This document shows, piece by piece, positions 55,775 through 64,000 of a DNA stretch of 64,000 nucleotides. Source of the stretch: Alphaproteobacteria bacterium SS10. GTDB taxonomy: Bacteria > Pseudomonadota > Alphaproteobacteria > TMED2. The stretch spans positions 25 through 64,024 of the forward strand of contig JAHCML010000006.1 in assembly GCA_019192455.1 (NCBI GenBank), given 5' to 3'. Within the stretch, counting starts at the first letter, position 1. Each line of letters begins with the position of its first letter. A program made the position numbers and the translations under genes. The notes beneath the pieces are model-generated. The model saw only the letters and a program-made list of their open reading frames with translations. It had not been told where the DNA came from and ran no database searches.

Positions 55775-57355
55775 TTAGAAGCTGAGGGTACGTGCCTGGA
55801 TCACATTCGGCAGTTTGGAGATGCGACCCAACAGACCTTCATCAATCCGTTGGTCCACGGCGACGATACAGATGGCCTCATCACCCTCTGCACGACGGCC
55901 GAGGTCGAAGCTGGCGATGTTGATATTGGCGTCACCCAGGGTACGGCCGAGATTGCCGATGAAGCCTGGCTTGTCGTCGTTGCGCACGAACAGCATGTTG
56001 GAAGTCACTGAGGTTTCGACGGAAACGCCTTCGATCTCGACAATGCGTGGGCGATCACCGGCCATGAGGGTGCCGGAAACACGGCGCTTACGACGGTCGG
56101 TTACCACCTCGATTGAGATCAGGGTTTGGTAATCCTCAACCTTCTCAGTCCGGCTTTCGGTGACCTTGATATCCCGCTCTTTTGCCAGCACGGGTGCGTT
56201 GACCATGTTCACACTCTCAAGCAATGGGCCGAGGAGTGACTTCAGAATAATTTGGGTCAGCGGTTTGATATTCACCTCAGCAGCAGCACCGGCATAGGTG
56301 ATTTCAACAGATTTGAGGCCGGATTCGGTGATCTGACCGGCGAAGCCACCCAGCTGCTCAGCGAGCGACATATAGGGCGCCAAGCGCTTTGCATCCTCGG
56401 CCGAGACCGATGGCATGTTGAGCGCGTTAACGATCGCACCGTCGAGCAGATAGTCAGACATCTGTTCGGCAACCTGCAGGGCCACATTCTCCTGCGCCTC
56501 ATTGGTTGAGGCACCGAGATGCGGTGTGCAGATCAGATTGTCATGGCCGAATAGCGCGTTTTCCTTGGCCGGTTCTTCAAGGAACACATCCAGTGCAGCG
56601 CCAGCAACATGACCGGCATCGAGGGCAGCCTTAAGCGCCACCTCATCGATCAAGCCACCACGGGCACAGTTCACGATGCGAACACCCGGCTTCATGATGT
56701 CGAGTGCCTTGGCATCGATGATGTTGCGGGTCTGATCGGTCAGCGGCACATGCAGGGTGATGAACTCTGAACGCTTGAACAGGTCTTCCAGTTCAACCTT
56801 CTCAACACCGAGGTCGAGGGCGCGCTCTTCCGACAGGAAGGGATCAAAGGCGATGACCTTCATCTTCAGGCCTTGGGCGCGGTCGGCGACAATTGCACCG
56901 ATATTGCCGCAACCAATGACGCCAAGGGTTTTGCCGGTTAGCTCAACACCCATGAACCGCTTCTTCTCCCACTTACCGGCATGGGTGGATTCATTTGCCT
57001 GGGGGATTTGACGGGCCAGGGCCATCATCATGGAGATGGCGTGCTCAGCCGTGGTGATTGAGTTACCGAACGGCGTGTTCATGACCACGATACCGCGTGC
57101 GGTCGCGGCAGGGATCTCGATGTTATCGACGCCGATACCAGCGCGCCCGATAACTTTGAGGTTATGGGCCGCTTCAAAGATGTCGGCATTTGGTTTGGTG
57201 GAAGAGCGGACTGCGAGGCCGTCATAGCTGCCGATGATTTCCTTCAGCTCTTCTGGCTTCAGGCCAGTTTTAACGTCGGCCTCAATGCCGCGCTGTTTAA
57301 AGATATCGACGGCCGCTGGGCTAAGCTCGTCAGCGATAAGGACTTTAGGTGCCAT
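55775..57355 (-). CDS. serA: D-3-phosphoglycerate dehydrogenase
   Basis: Start moved to ATG 57353-57355 ([13 protein letters not shown]…). '[13 protein letters not shown]' NAD-binding motif and a C-terminal ACT domain are present. Confidence 0.9.
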   Translation of the reverse strand: MAPKVLIADELSPAAVDIFKQRGIEADVKTGLKPEELKEIIGSYDGLAVRSSTKPNADIFEAAHNLKVIGRAGIGVDNIEIPAATARGIVVMNTPFGNSITTAEHAISMMMALARQIPQANESTHAGKWEKKRFMGVELTGKTLGVIGCGNIGAIVADRAQGLKMKVIAFDPFLSEERALDLGVEKVELEDLFKRSEFITLHVPLTDQTRNIIDAKALDIMKPGVRIVNCARGGLIDEVALKAALDAGHVAGAALDVFLEEPAKENALFGHDNLICTPHLGASTNEAQENVALQVAEQMSDYLLDGAIVNALNMPSVSAEDAKRLAPYMSLAEQLGGFAGQITESGLKSVEITYAGAAAEVNIKPLTQIILKSLLGPLLESVNMVNAPVLAKERDIKVTESRTEKVEDYQTLISIEVVTDRRKRRVSGTLMAGDRPRIVEIEGVSVETSVTSNMLFVRNDDKPGFIGNLGRTLGDANINIASFDLGRRAEGDEAICIVAVDQRIDEGLLGRISKLPNVIQARTLSF

Positions 57356-57447
57356 TGATTTGGTTTCCTTCAGGAATTTGGTCAGCCGCCCAGCCGCCAT
57401 GCCCACGCGTGAAGGGGCATGACGATCTGGTGGCGAAATGAGTTGGG

Positions 57448-58620
57448 TTACGCGGCGGCGCGGGTTTCGCGGATGGAGGCTAGCGCCCAATCCAGCCATG
57501 GCAGCAGGGCGGCCATGTCGGCTGGATCAACCGTTGCACCACCCCAAAGGCGTAGGCCTGGAGGCGCTGCGCGATAGCCAGCGATGTCGTGGGCGACACC
57601 CTCGGCATCCAGCGTGGTCGCAACCTGCTTCGCGACAGCGGCCTGATCATCCTCAGACAGCGAGGTGAACCAAGCATCCGTAATCTTCAGGCAGATTGAC
57701 GTGCACGACCGCGTCGCAGGATCAGCGGCGAGGAAATCAAAGCTATCGGATGCTTCAACCCACTCGGTCACAGCCTTCAAGCTGCTCTCAGCGCGCTCAA
57801 TCAGGGCTGATAGGCCACCGATTGATTTCGCCCAAGTTAGGGCGTCGATTTGATCTTCCACCGCCAGCATTGATGGGGTGTTGATCGTCTCGCCTTTGAA
57901 GATGCCTTCATTGATCTTACCGGCTTTGGTCATCCGGAAGATTTTCGGCATTGGCCATGGCGGGGTATAGGTCTCGAGCCGTTCAACAGCGCGCGGGCTT
58001 AACACCAGCATGCCATGCTGGGCCTCACCGCCCATCACCTTCTGCCAAGAGTAGGTGGTGACGTCGAGCTTGTCCCAGGACAGGTCCATCGCAAACGCCG
58101 CTGAAGTAGCATCACAGATGGTCAGGCCTTCGCGGTCATCGGCAATCCAATCGGCATTTGGCACGCGAACGCCAGAGGTGGTGCCATTCCAGACAAAGAC
58201 ACAGTCGTTTTTAGGATCAACCTGGGACAGGTCGGGTAAGTCGCCGTAATCGGCCTGAATGGTCCGGCAATTCTCCAGTTTCAGCTGTTTCACCACATCG
58301 GTGATCCAGTCATTGGAGAAGCTTTCCCAACCGAGCATATCGACACCACGGGCACCGAGCATGGACCACATGGCCATCTCGACAGCGCCGGTATCAGAGG
58401 CCGGCACGATGCCGATCCGATAGTCGTCAGGCACGCCAAGGATCTCGCGGGTCATGTCGATGACCTGCTTCAATTTTGCTTTGCCTGGTTTTGAACGGTG
58501 GGAGCGGGCGAGGCACGCGTCTTTCAAGACGTCAGTCGACCAACCTGGTCGCTTCGCACATGGACCCGAAGAAAAGAATGGAACGGCGGGTTTTACCGCC
58601 GGCGGGGTAGCCTGCTGCAT
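57448..58620 (-). CDS. serC: Phosphoserine aminotransferase
   Basis: Start at ATG 58618-58620. '[12 protein letters not shown]' N-terminus and an aminotransferase class V pattern are present. It lies upstream of serA in the same orientation. Confidence 0.9.
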   Translation of the reverse strand: MQQATPPAVKPAVPFFSSGPCAKRPGWSTDVLKDACLARSHRSKPGKAKLKQVIDMTREILGVPDDYRIGIVPASDTGAVEMAMWSMLGARGVDMLGWESFSNDWITDVVKQLKLENCRTIQADYGDLPDLSQVDPKNDCVFVWNGTTSGVRVPNADWIADDREGLTICDATSAAFAMDLSWDKLDVTTYSWQKVMGGEAQHGMLVLSPRAVERLETYTPPWPMPKIFRMTKAGKINEGIFKGETINTPSMLAVEDQIDALTWAKSIGGLSALIERAESSLKAVTEWVEASDSFDFLAADPATRSCTSICLKITDAWFTSLSEDDQAAVAKQVATTLDAEGVAHDIAGYRAAPPGLRLWGGATVDPADMAALLPWLDWALASIRETRAAA

Positions 58621-58790
58621 TATGGCTATTCCTTCCAGAATAGTTGCATCCCGTTGGGGGGATGTGACCCGCCGCAAACGCTATTGATGCCGCAATGCAG
58701 CGTCAAGGCTTAATGCCAAGCGGCACCGCCCAGCAGCCGTGCGGGTTTTGCATCGCAAGTTCGGAGATAGGAAGACAGAGCGGGTTAGAG

Positions 58791-60599
58791 CTATTCGGCC
58801 CTAGCGGTCTGCCACTCCGTTTTAAGCTGGTAATCGGCCAGAAGACGCTCAAGCGCGTGGCTCGCCTGCTCACGCACCCGCTCACTTTTAAAGCTCGCCC
58901 AGAAGCTATTGAAGAATTCTGGGTTCTGGATCGCCTCGGCAAGTTGCGCGCGCACCAACTCTTGTGCGCCACCGGCGCTGATTGGTGCTGGCAACCAAAG
59001 CTTCAACAGCTCAATCAACGGTCGATGGTCGTCCGGCTCTCGTTGCTTGTCCATCTGACGCTCAACGATTTCAGAGATGACCTCATCAATCCCGCCAAGG
59101 ATCGCATCTTTAGATTCAGCGGCGAACTGGTAGCCACGCAGCCGCTGATGGAACTTAAGCAATGGCGGAACGGGCGCCATGAAGCGCTCTGGATCGGTGG
59201 TAAGCTCACGGGATATGTCGCGCATCGATACCAGCTGCGCCAGAATGCGGCCCAGTTGATCCCTATTCTCCAAGCTCCGCATCATCGGGAACAGTGAGCT
59301 GATTAAGCTCAAGCGTTCCGTCGGTTGGCGGTAACGGACCAGGACCCGCTGCATGTTCTCTGAGGTTAGAACGCGGCCAATGCGCTCCTGCCAAACGGCG
59401 GCGAGCTCGGTATCACCGATCAGCGATGGCGCGATCTGTTCGATCTGCGCACCAATGCGGTCAATCTCACTCAACTCGCTGATTAGGTCACCGCTGGTCG
59501 CGGAACCGCCATCGGCCTTTGCCTCTGCCACAATCCGGCGGCGGATCGCGGCCCGGCTACGCGGTAGATAGCCCGCATTCATCAACTCATTGATCGGGTC
59601 GAAATTGACGCCAATGCCCTTACCGCCATCGAACACGCCAACCATCATATTGGCGAGCAGCATCAGCTTCTGCACACCGGTACGACCGGCAGCCAGATCA
59701 TTCAGCATGCCGCGCACCTGGATCATGCTGGCAAACATCCGGTCGAGCGGTGCTGCCTGATCACGGGTAACCACGGCATTACAGAGGCCAGATAAGCGGC
59801 GCAACTTAACGGTGAAATTCGGGCCATCAGCCAGATGGGCGGCAATCGCGCGGCCGATTTCAAATGGGAAGCGCGCACCGGTTGTGCGCTGTAGCTGGGC
59901 AAAAACCTCGACATAGTTGTCGGAAGTCAGCTCAACCGGCGGCTCGGCCTTATCCCGGAGCGCCATGTCATCGAAGAGCTTTTGCATCAGCTCTGTCATC
60001 TCACGCACCCGGTCGGGGCCCGCGAGGTCCATCACCTGCGCCTGTTGCAAGGCAATTGGCTGTAAGCCTGCCTGCATAATCTGCCAGGACTGGGCCAACG
60101 CCGCTCCCGCCCGGGGATGATGCAGCATCTCTTCAACGCAGAGCGACTTGCTGGTTAGGAACGAGGCGAAGCCCTTGTTCAGCTGATAGGATGCCAGCTC
60201 GGTATACATGTCATCGGCGTCATGCCAGAGAATGTCGGCGGGCTTGGCAACCGCCGGCATGGTTAGATCCATCGCCTCTGGTTGGTCTGACCAATAATGG
60301 ACCACCACACCGTCGTGGAACTGGCTGCGGCCATCGACGGTGACACGAACGACCCTTAGGCACTCGCCATCATCATCGCCCTCAGCATTAAGTGGGGCGC
60401 CGTCGATCTGATCACCTTGACCATCGAGAACGTGGCCCAATTGGCGGCGGTCGAGACGCGCCTCCTCAATCAGCCAGATATCATTAATCAGCCGATGGGT
60501 TTGGTAATACACCTCATCAGACGGGCTAATGTGAGCAGCCGGACTTAACATGTTCGGTCCTAATCTTGTCCCATGCGCAAGGCAGCCGGATGACACCAT
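58791..60599 (-). CDS. Hypothetical protein
   Basis: About 600 aa with alternative ATGs at 60597 and 60551. Largely alpha-helical-looking. No recognisable motif. Confidence 0.5.
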   Translation of the reverse strand: MVSSGCLAHGTRLGPNMLSPAAHISPSDEVYYQTHRLINDIWLIEEARLDRRQLGHVLDGQGDQIDGAPLNAEGDDDGECLRVVRVTVDGRSQFHDGVVVHYWSDQPEAMDLTMPAVAKPADILWHDADDMYTELASYQLNKGFASFLTSKSLCVEEMLHHPRAGAALAQSWQIMQAGLQPIALQQAQVMDLAGPDRVREMTELMQKLFDDMALRDKAEPPVELTSDNYVEVFAQLQRTTGARFPFEIGRAIAAHLADGPNFTVKLRRLSGLCNAVVTRDQAAPLDRMFASMIQVRGMLNDLAAGRTGVQKLMLLANMMVGVFDGGKGIGVNFDPINELMNAGYLPRSRAAIRRRIVAEAKADGGSATSGDLISELSEIDRIGAQIEQIAPSLIGDTELAAVWQERIGRVLTSENMQRVLVRYRQPTERLSLISSLFPMMRSLENRDQLGRILAQLVSMRDISRELTTDPERFMAPVPPLLKFHQRLRGYQFAAESKDAILGGIDEVISEIVERQMDKQREPDDHRPLIELLKLWLPAPISAGGAQELVRAQLAEAIQNPEFFNSFWASFKSERVREQASHALERLLADYQLKTEWQTARAE

Positions 60600-60712
60600 T
60601 CACTGGCATTTTCCTTCGGCCCTTCTCGCCTCACACACTTAGCCAATGATACCACGCGTCGGTTTATGGTTCGACAGTTGGATACAGTAGATTTTCCAAA
60701 GCGAAAAAACGC

Positions 60713-61216
60713 TTAAACGACCAGGGTTTCCGGGGCTCTTCGCTTAATCAGATGATTGAAACCAACCGTCATGACCTCAATCCCCGTCTGGTTATGGGTC
60801 GAATAATTGAGCACCACGGTACCGCGTTCAGAGGATGATTTTGACGCCCGGACGGCAGCAACCTCTAGGATGACATGCAGCGTATCGCCTGGGCGAACTG
60901 GGTGCAGCCAACGCACCCCTTCCCCGCCGCCACTGCCAAGGCCCGTCCCCCGAAACAAGCCGGTGTCCCAGACCAAGCGAAATGAAAGTGATAGTGTCTG
61001 AAAGCCGCTGGCAATCAGCCCGCCAAACGGGGTTTCTTTGGCGGCTTCAACATCAATGTGGAATGGCTGCGGATCGTATTGCTGGGCGAAGTCGAGGATC
61101 ATGCTCTCGGTCAGCGTCGCACCCGCTGTTTTAAACCGCTGTCCGGGTTTGAACTCTTCAAAATAGCGGCCAGTGATGCCGGGGCCGGACAGATCGGTGA
61201 TCGGGGTCTCGGCCAT
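60713..61216 (-). CDS. MaoC-like (R-specific enoyl-CoA hydratase) hotdog-fold dehydratase
   Basis: 167 aa. '…FAQQYDPQPFHID…' hotdog motif is present. Confidence 0.8.
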   Translation of the reverse strand: MAETPITDLSGPGITGRYFEEFKPGQRFKTAGATLTESMILDFAQQYDPQPFHIDVEAAKETPFGGLIASGFQTLSLSFRLVWDTGLFRGTGLGSGGGEGVRWLHPVRPGDTLHVILEVAAVRASKSSSERGTVVLNYSTHNQTGIEVMTVGFNHLIKRRAPETLVV

Positions 61217-61228
61217 GGTGCCCTCTGG

Positions 61229-62605
61229 TTACTCTGCTGCCTGGGTGCTGCCGCCGGTAGCTTTCGCCGCCTCGATCGCATCCAAGATTCCGTCGACAGC
61301 TTGGTTCACCTGGTCGCTGTGATCACCTTCAGCCATTACGCGGATTTTTGGTTCTGTGCCCGACTTACGGACCAGCACGCGACCGCTATCGCCCAGCTGT
61401 GCTTCTGCGGCCCGGATGCTGTCCTGAACCTCAGCAGTTTCAAGCGGGTTGGCGCCCTCAAACCGGGTGTTCTTCAGCACCTGGGGCACAGGCTCAAACA
61501 CCTCAAGCAAAGTGGCGGCATCCTGATCCTTACCAACCATGAGGTCGAGCACTTGAAGGGCTGCCAACAGACCGTCACCGGTGGTGCTGTAGTCACTCAT
61601 CACCAAATGGCCCGACTGTTCACCGCCGAGATTGAAGCCCTGGGCCCGCATCATTTCAACGACGTAGCGGTCGCCGACCTGGCTGCGCGCCAGCGTTAAG
61701 CCAGCCGCCGCAAGACGACGCTCAAGGCCAAGATTGGACATCACCGTCGCAACCAGCCCGCCGCCCTTTAATCGATCCTGGGTAGCCCATTCGAGCGCCA
61801 GCAGGCCCATGACCTGATCGCCATCAATCACGCGGCCATGTTGATCAACCAGGATAATGCGGTCGGCATCGCCATCGAGGGCAATCCCAATATCCGCCCC
61901 CTCTTCAACCACCCGTTTTGATAGGGCATCAGGGGCCGTGGCACCCACATCTAGATTAATGTTGAAGCCGTCAGGCTCGGTGCCCAACTCAATCACCTCA
62001 GCGCCCAATTCCCACAGGATCTTAGGGGCCACGCGGTAGGCCGCACCGTTGGCACAATCTAAAACAACCTTCAGCCCATCCAGGCGGCGGCCATCGCTTA
62101 GGGTCTGTTTGACGTATTCCACATAACGACCCGCAGCATCTTCCAACCGGCTAGCCTTACCGAGGCTTGAGGCATCAGCGCGGTCATTGTCGAACCCCTC
62201 AGACAGCTTCCGCTCAATCTCCAACTCAACAGCGTCGGACAGCTTGTACCCATCGGCCCCAAACAGCTTAATCCCATTATCTTGGTAGGGGTTGTGGCTG
62301 GCAGAGATAACCACGCCCAGATCAGCGCGGAGCGAGCGGGTCAGCATGGCAACCGCCGGGGTAGGCATCGGCCCCACAAGGATGACATCCAAACCCATCG
62401 CGATGAACCCAGCGGTAAGGGCCGGTTCAATCAGATAACCAGAGAGCCGAGTATCCTTGCCAATAACCGCCCGGTGCCGGTGCTCACCGCGGTTGAGGAC
62501 AGCCCCGGTCGCCATGGCGACGCGCAGGGTGGTCTCGGGCGTCATGGGCTCGAGATTGGCAGTGCCGCGAATACCGTCGGTGCCGAAATACTGGCGGGTG
62601 GTCAT
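61229..62605 (-). CDS. glmM: Phosphoglucosamine mutase
   Basis: 458 aa. 'YFGTDGIRG' N-terminus and active-site 'SASHNP' are present. Confidence 0.92.
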   Translation of the reverse strand: MTTRQYFGTDGIRGTANLEPMTPETTLRVAMATGAVLNRGEHRHRAVIGKDTRLSGYLIEPALTAGFIAMGLDVILVGPMPTPAVAMLTRSLRADLGVVISASHNPYQDNGIKLFGADGYKLSDAVELEIERKLSEGFDNDRADASSLGKASRLEDAAGRYVEYVKQTLSDGRRLDGLKVVLDCANGAAYRVAPKILWELGAEVIELGTEPDGFNINLDVGATAPDALSKRVVEEGADIGIALDGDADRIILVDQHGRVIDGDQVMGLLALEWATQDRLKGGGLVATVMSNLGLERRLAAAGLTLARSQVGDRYVVEMMRAQGFNLGGEQSGHLVMSDYSTTGDGLLAALQVLDLMVGKDQDAATLLEVFEPVPQVLKNTRFEGANPLETAEVQDSIRAAEAQLGDSGRVLVRKSGTEPKIRVMAEGDHSDQVNQAVDGILDAIEAAKATGGSTQAAE

Positions 62606-62693
62606 GGGGTTGGTCGCTTACTCTTCGAATGCTCTTCAAGGGATCACGTTTTAGATTAGTGATCCGGCAACTTCATGGCACGGTTTAGGCAGA

Positions 62694-63575
62694 TCAAGCC
62701 ACCGCTTCTTTATCGGCCGTCGGATCATCCGCCGCCTCAATCGCTTGCCAGATCGTAACCGCTTGACGGGTCACCGCCACATCATGGACCCGCAGGATAT
62801 CCGCACCAGCTTGCACCCCAGCAAGTGCAGCCGCGATTGAGCCGCCTAGACGGTTATCGGCTGGGACATCATGATCCAGCTTGGCAATAAAACTCTTCCG
62901 TGAGACGCCCAACAGAATTGGCACATCAAGCCCGCGAAACCGGGCCAAATGCTTCAGCAATGAGAGGTTGTGTTCCAGGGTTTTGCCAAAGCCGATACCG
63001 GGGTCGACCACAATATGATCACGGCCAATACCAGCATCGAGGCAAGCCTGAATGCGTGCCGCCAGGTAATCGTAAACCTCGGATACAACGTCGGTATAGC
63101 TGGGGTTGTGCTGCATGCTTTGCGGCTCACCCTGCATATGCATCAGCATAACGGGGCGATTGAGACTAGCAGCGGTCGTTAGGCTGGCTGGGTCACCGGT
63201 CAAGGCTGTGACGTCATTGATGATATCCGCGCCGGCCTCAACCGCTGCCGCCATGGTGGCAGGGTGGCGCGTATCGATCGAGATTAGCGCGCCTGCCTCA
63301 TCGGCAAATGGCTTAAGCCCCTCAATGACCGGGACGACTCTCGCCTGCTCGTTATCCGGCGCAACAGGGGCCGCACCGGGCCGGGTAGATTCCCCACCAA
63401 TGTCCAAAATATGCGCACCCTGAGCCAACAACTCACAGCCATGGTCAACTGCCTGTTGTGGGTCGAGGAACTGCCCACCATCGGAGAAACTGTCCGGGGT
63501 CACATTAACCACCCCCATGATCCGGGGACGCGCCTGTCCTGTTTCAGAAACCATAAGCCCTGCTCGCCCTGCCAT
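62694..63575 (-). CDS. folP: Dihydropteroate synthase
   Basis: 'IMGVVNVTPDSFSDGG' signature is present. The true start may be an internal ATG downstream of 63575. Confidence 0.85.
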   Translation of the reverse strand: MAGRAGLMVSETGQARPRIMGVVNVTPDSFSDGGQFLDPQQAVDHGCELLAQGAHILDIGGESTRPGAAPVAPDNEQARVVPVIEGLKPFADEAGALISIDTRHPATMAAAVEAGADIINDVTALTGDPASLTTAASLNRPVMLMHMQGEPQSMQHNPSYTDVVSEVYDYLAARIQACLDAGIGRDHIVVDPGIGFGKTLEHNLSLLKHLARFRGLDVPILLGVSRKSFIAKLDHDVPADNRLGGSIAAALAGVQAGADILRVHDVAVTRQAVTIWQAIEAADDPTADKEAVA

Positions 63576-63579
63576 CTGG

Positions 63580-64000
63580 CTAAGCTGCGATATCGGCTAA
63601 AGACTCCGTCGTCCGGTCGAACAGGTCAACATCATTGAGGGAAACCGCCAGTAACATGGCGCCCTCTAGTAGCGCAAAAGCACGTGCAGCGTTTGTGGCG
63701 GCCGTTGCATCACCCCCCAAGTCAGCGCTCAAGCTCTCAATACCGGATGAAAAGAACTTCTGCGCCTGCTGGCCAACCCCTTGCGGCAGGCTTGCAAGTT
63801 CAAACCCCAACACCGCGCAAAGGCACATACCATCGCCAGAAGCCAGGGCATCGCGGAAGGCTTTACGCCAAGCGTCTAGGGGTGAGAGGCCATCGCTCTT
63901 ACTCACAGACACCGCAGCACTGAAACGTTCCAGATAACGGCCGGCCACGGCCTCACCCAACGCTGCTTTGGTCGGGAAGTGGTAGTGCACGCTCGCGCTC
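63580..64000 (-). CDS. TetR/AcrR family transcriptional regulator (5' end outside window)
   Basis: The 'HYHFPTKAAL' end of the HTH and the TetR C-terminal ligand domain are visible. The N-terminus lies beyond coordinate 64000. Confidence 0.7.
   Translation of the reverse strand, partial: SASVHYHFPTKAALGEAVAGRYLERFSAAVSVSKSDGLSPLDAWRKAFRDALASGDGMCLCAVLGFELASLPQGVGQQAQKFFSSGIESLSADLGGDATAATNAARAFALLEGAMLLAVSLNDVDLFDRTTESLADIAA

Noticed and set aside
1-64000. Mobile elements, CRISPR arrays, rRNA/tRNA genes
   Set aside because: No transposase or integrase-like ORFs, no direct-repeat/spacer arrays and no tRNA-like T-arm motifs were seen in the intergenic regions. The GC content of the accessory block looks similar to its surroundings, apart from the short flp promoter AT island.

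Overview
The window is a high-GC alphaproteobacterial-type chromosomal segment. Coding density is about 90%. I found no rRNA, tRNA, CRISPR array, transposase or integrase. The ORF track uses TTG/GTG as 'M' in places; I corrected several starts to the nearest well-placed ATG.

Conserved core genes I can recognise:
- hsp20
- metY
- pfk
- purE-purK
- a lipid A/Kdo block: lpxH-like, GT4, kdtA, lpxK, lpxL-like
- rluD, rpoH, purA, hisZ, serC-serA, glmM, folP
- a partial TetR regulator at the 3' edge
- several small alphaproteobacterial DUF proteins: DUF1465/RcdA-like, DUF1192, DUF1013 and two DUF465 copies

Accessory content falls into three parts.

(i) A TerD / HAD phosphatase / Ca2+:cation antiporter / TerD module at 16.0-19.1 kb.

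(ii) A complete Tad/Flp pilus locus on the minus strand at 23.2-32.4 kb: flp, cpaA, cpaB, cpaC, cpaD, cpaE, cpaF, tadB, tadC. A TadD-like TPR lipoprotein and a stand-alone secretin-N-like protein lie on the plus strand at 20.7-22.6 kb. The Flp pilin carries an unusual poly-Gly tail encoded by a (GGY)8 repeat. The flp gene has an AT-rich promoter island containing a CtrA-like TTAA-N7-TTACC box.

(iii) Immediately upstream of flp, at 32.6-45.2 kb and on the same strand, is what looks like an undescribed system:
- four paralogous radical SAM/SPASM enzymes of anSME/peptide-maturase type
- a 175-aa protein with a signal-peptide-like segment, Gly-rich linker and C-terminal Cys/His-rich tail (SCYSNCHSACHGACHG); I treat it as the candidate substrate
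- two hypothetical proteins, one very acidic and one highly charged
- a giant (~1190 aa) protein with a classical type IV prepilin N-terminus (G|ISLTE plus hydrophobic helix) followed by dozens of degenerate ~22-aa repeats
- two N-terminally membrane-anchored hypothetical proteins

My inference is a pilus-associated, radical-SAM-modified surface or RiPP-like system. I cannot match it to a described family from sequence alone.

Other points worth a look:
- a degenerate protein kinase (HGA instead of HRD, no DFG) translationally coupled to a small membrane protein
- CpaF with a ~170-aa Pro-rich N-terminal extension
- a possible sigma-32 promoter and fourU/ROSE-like hairpin in the hsp20 leader
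- a structured leader upstream of metY that could be a SAM-II-type riboswitch
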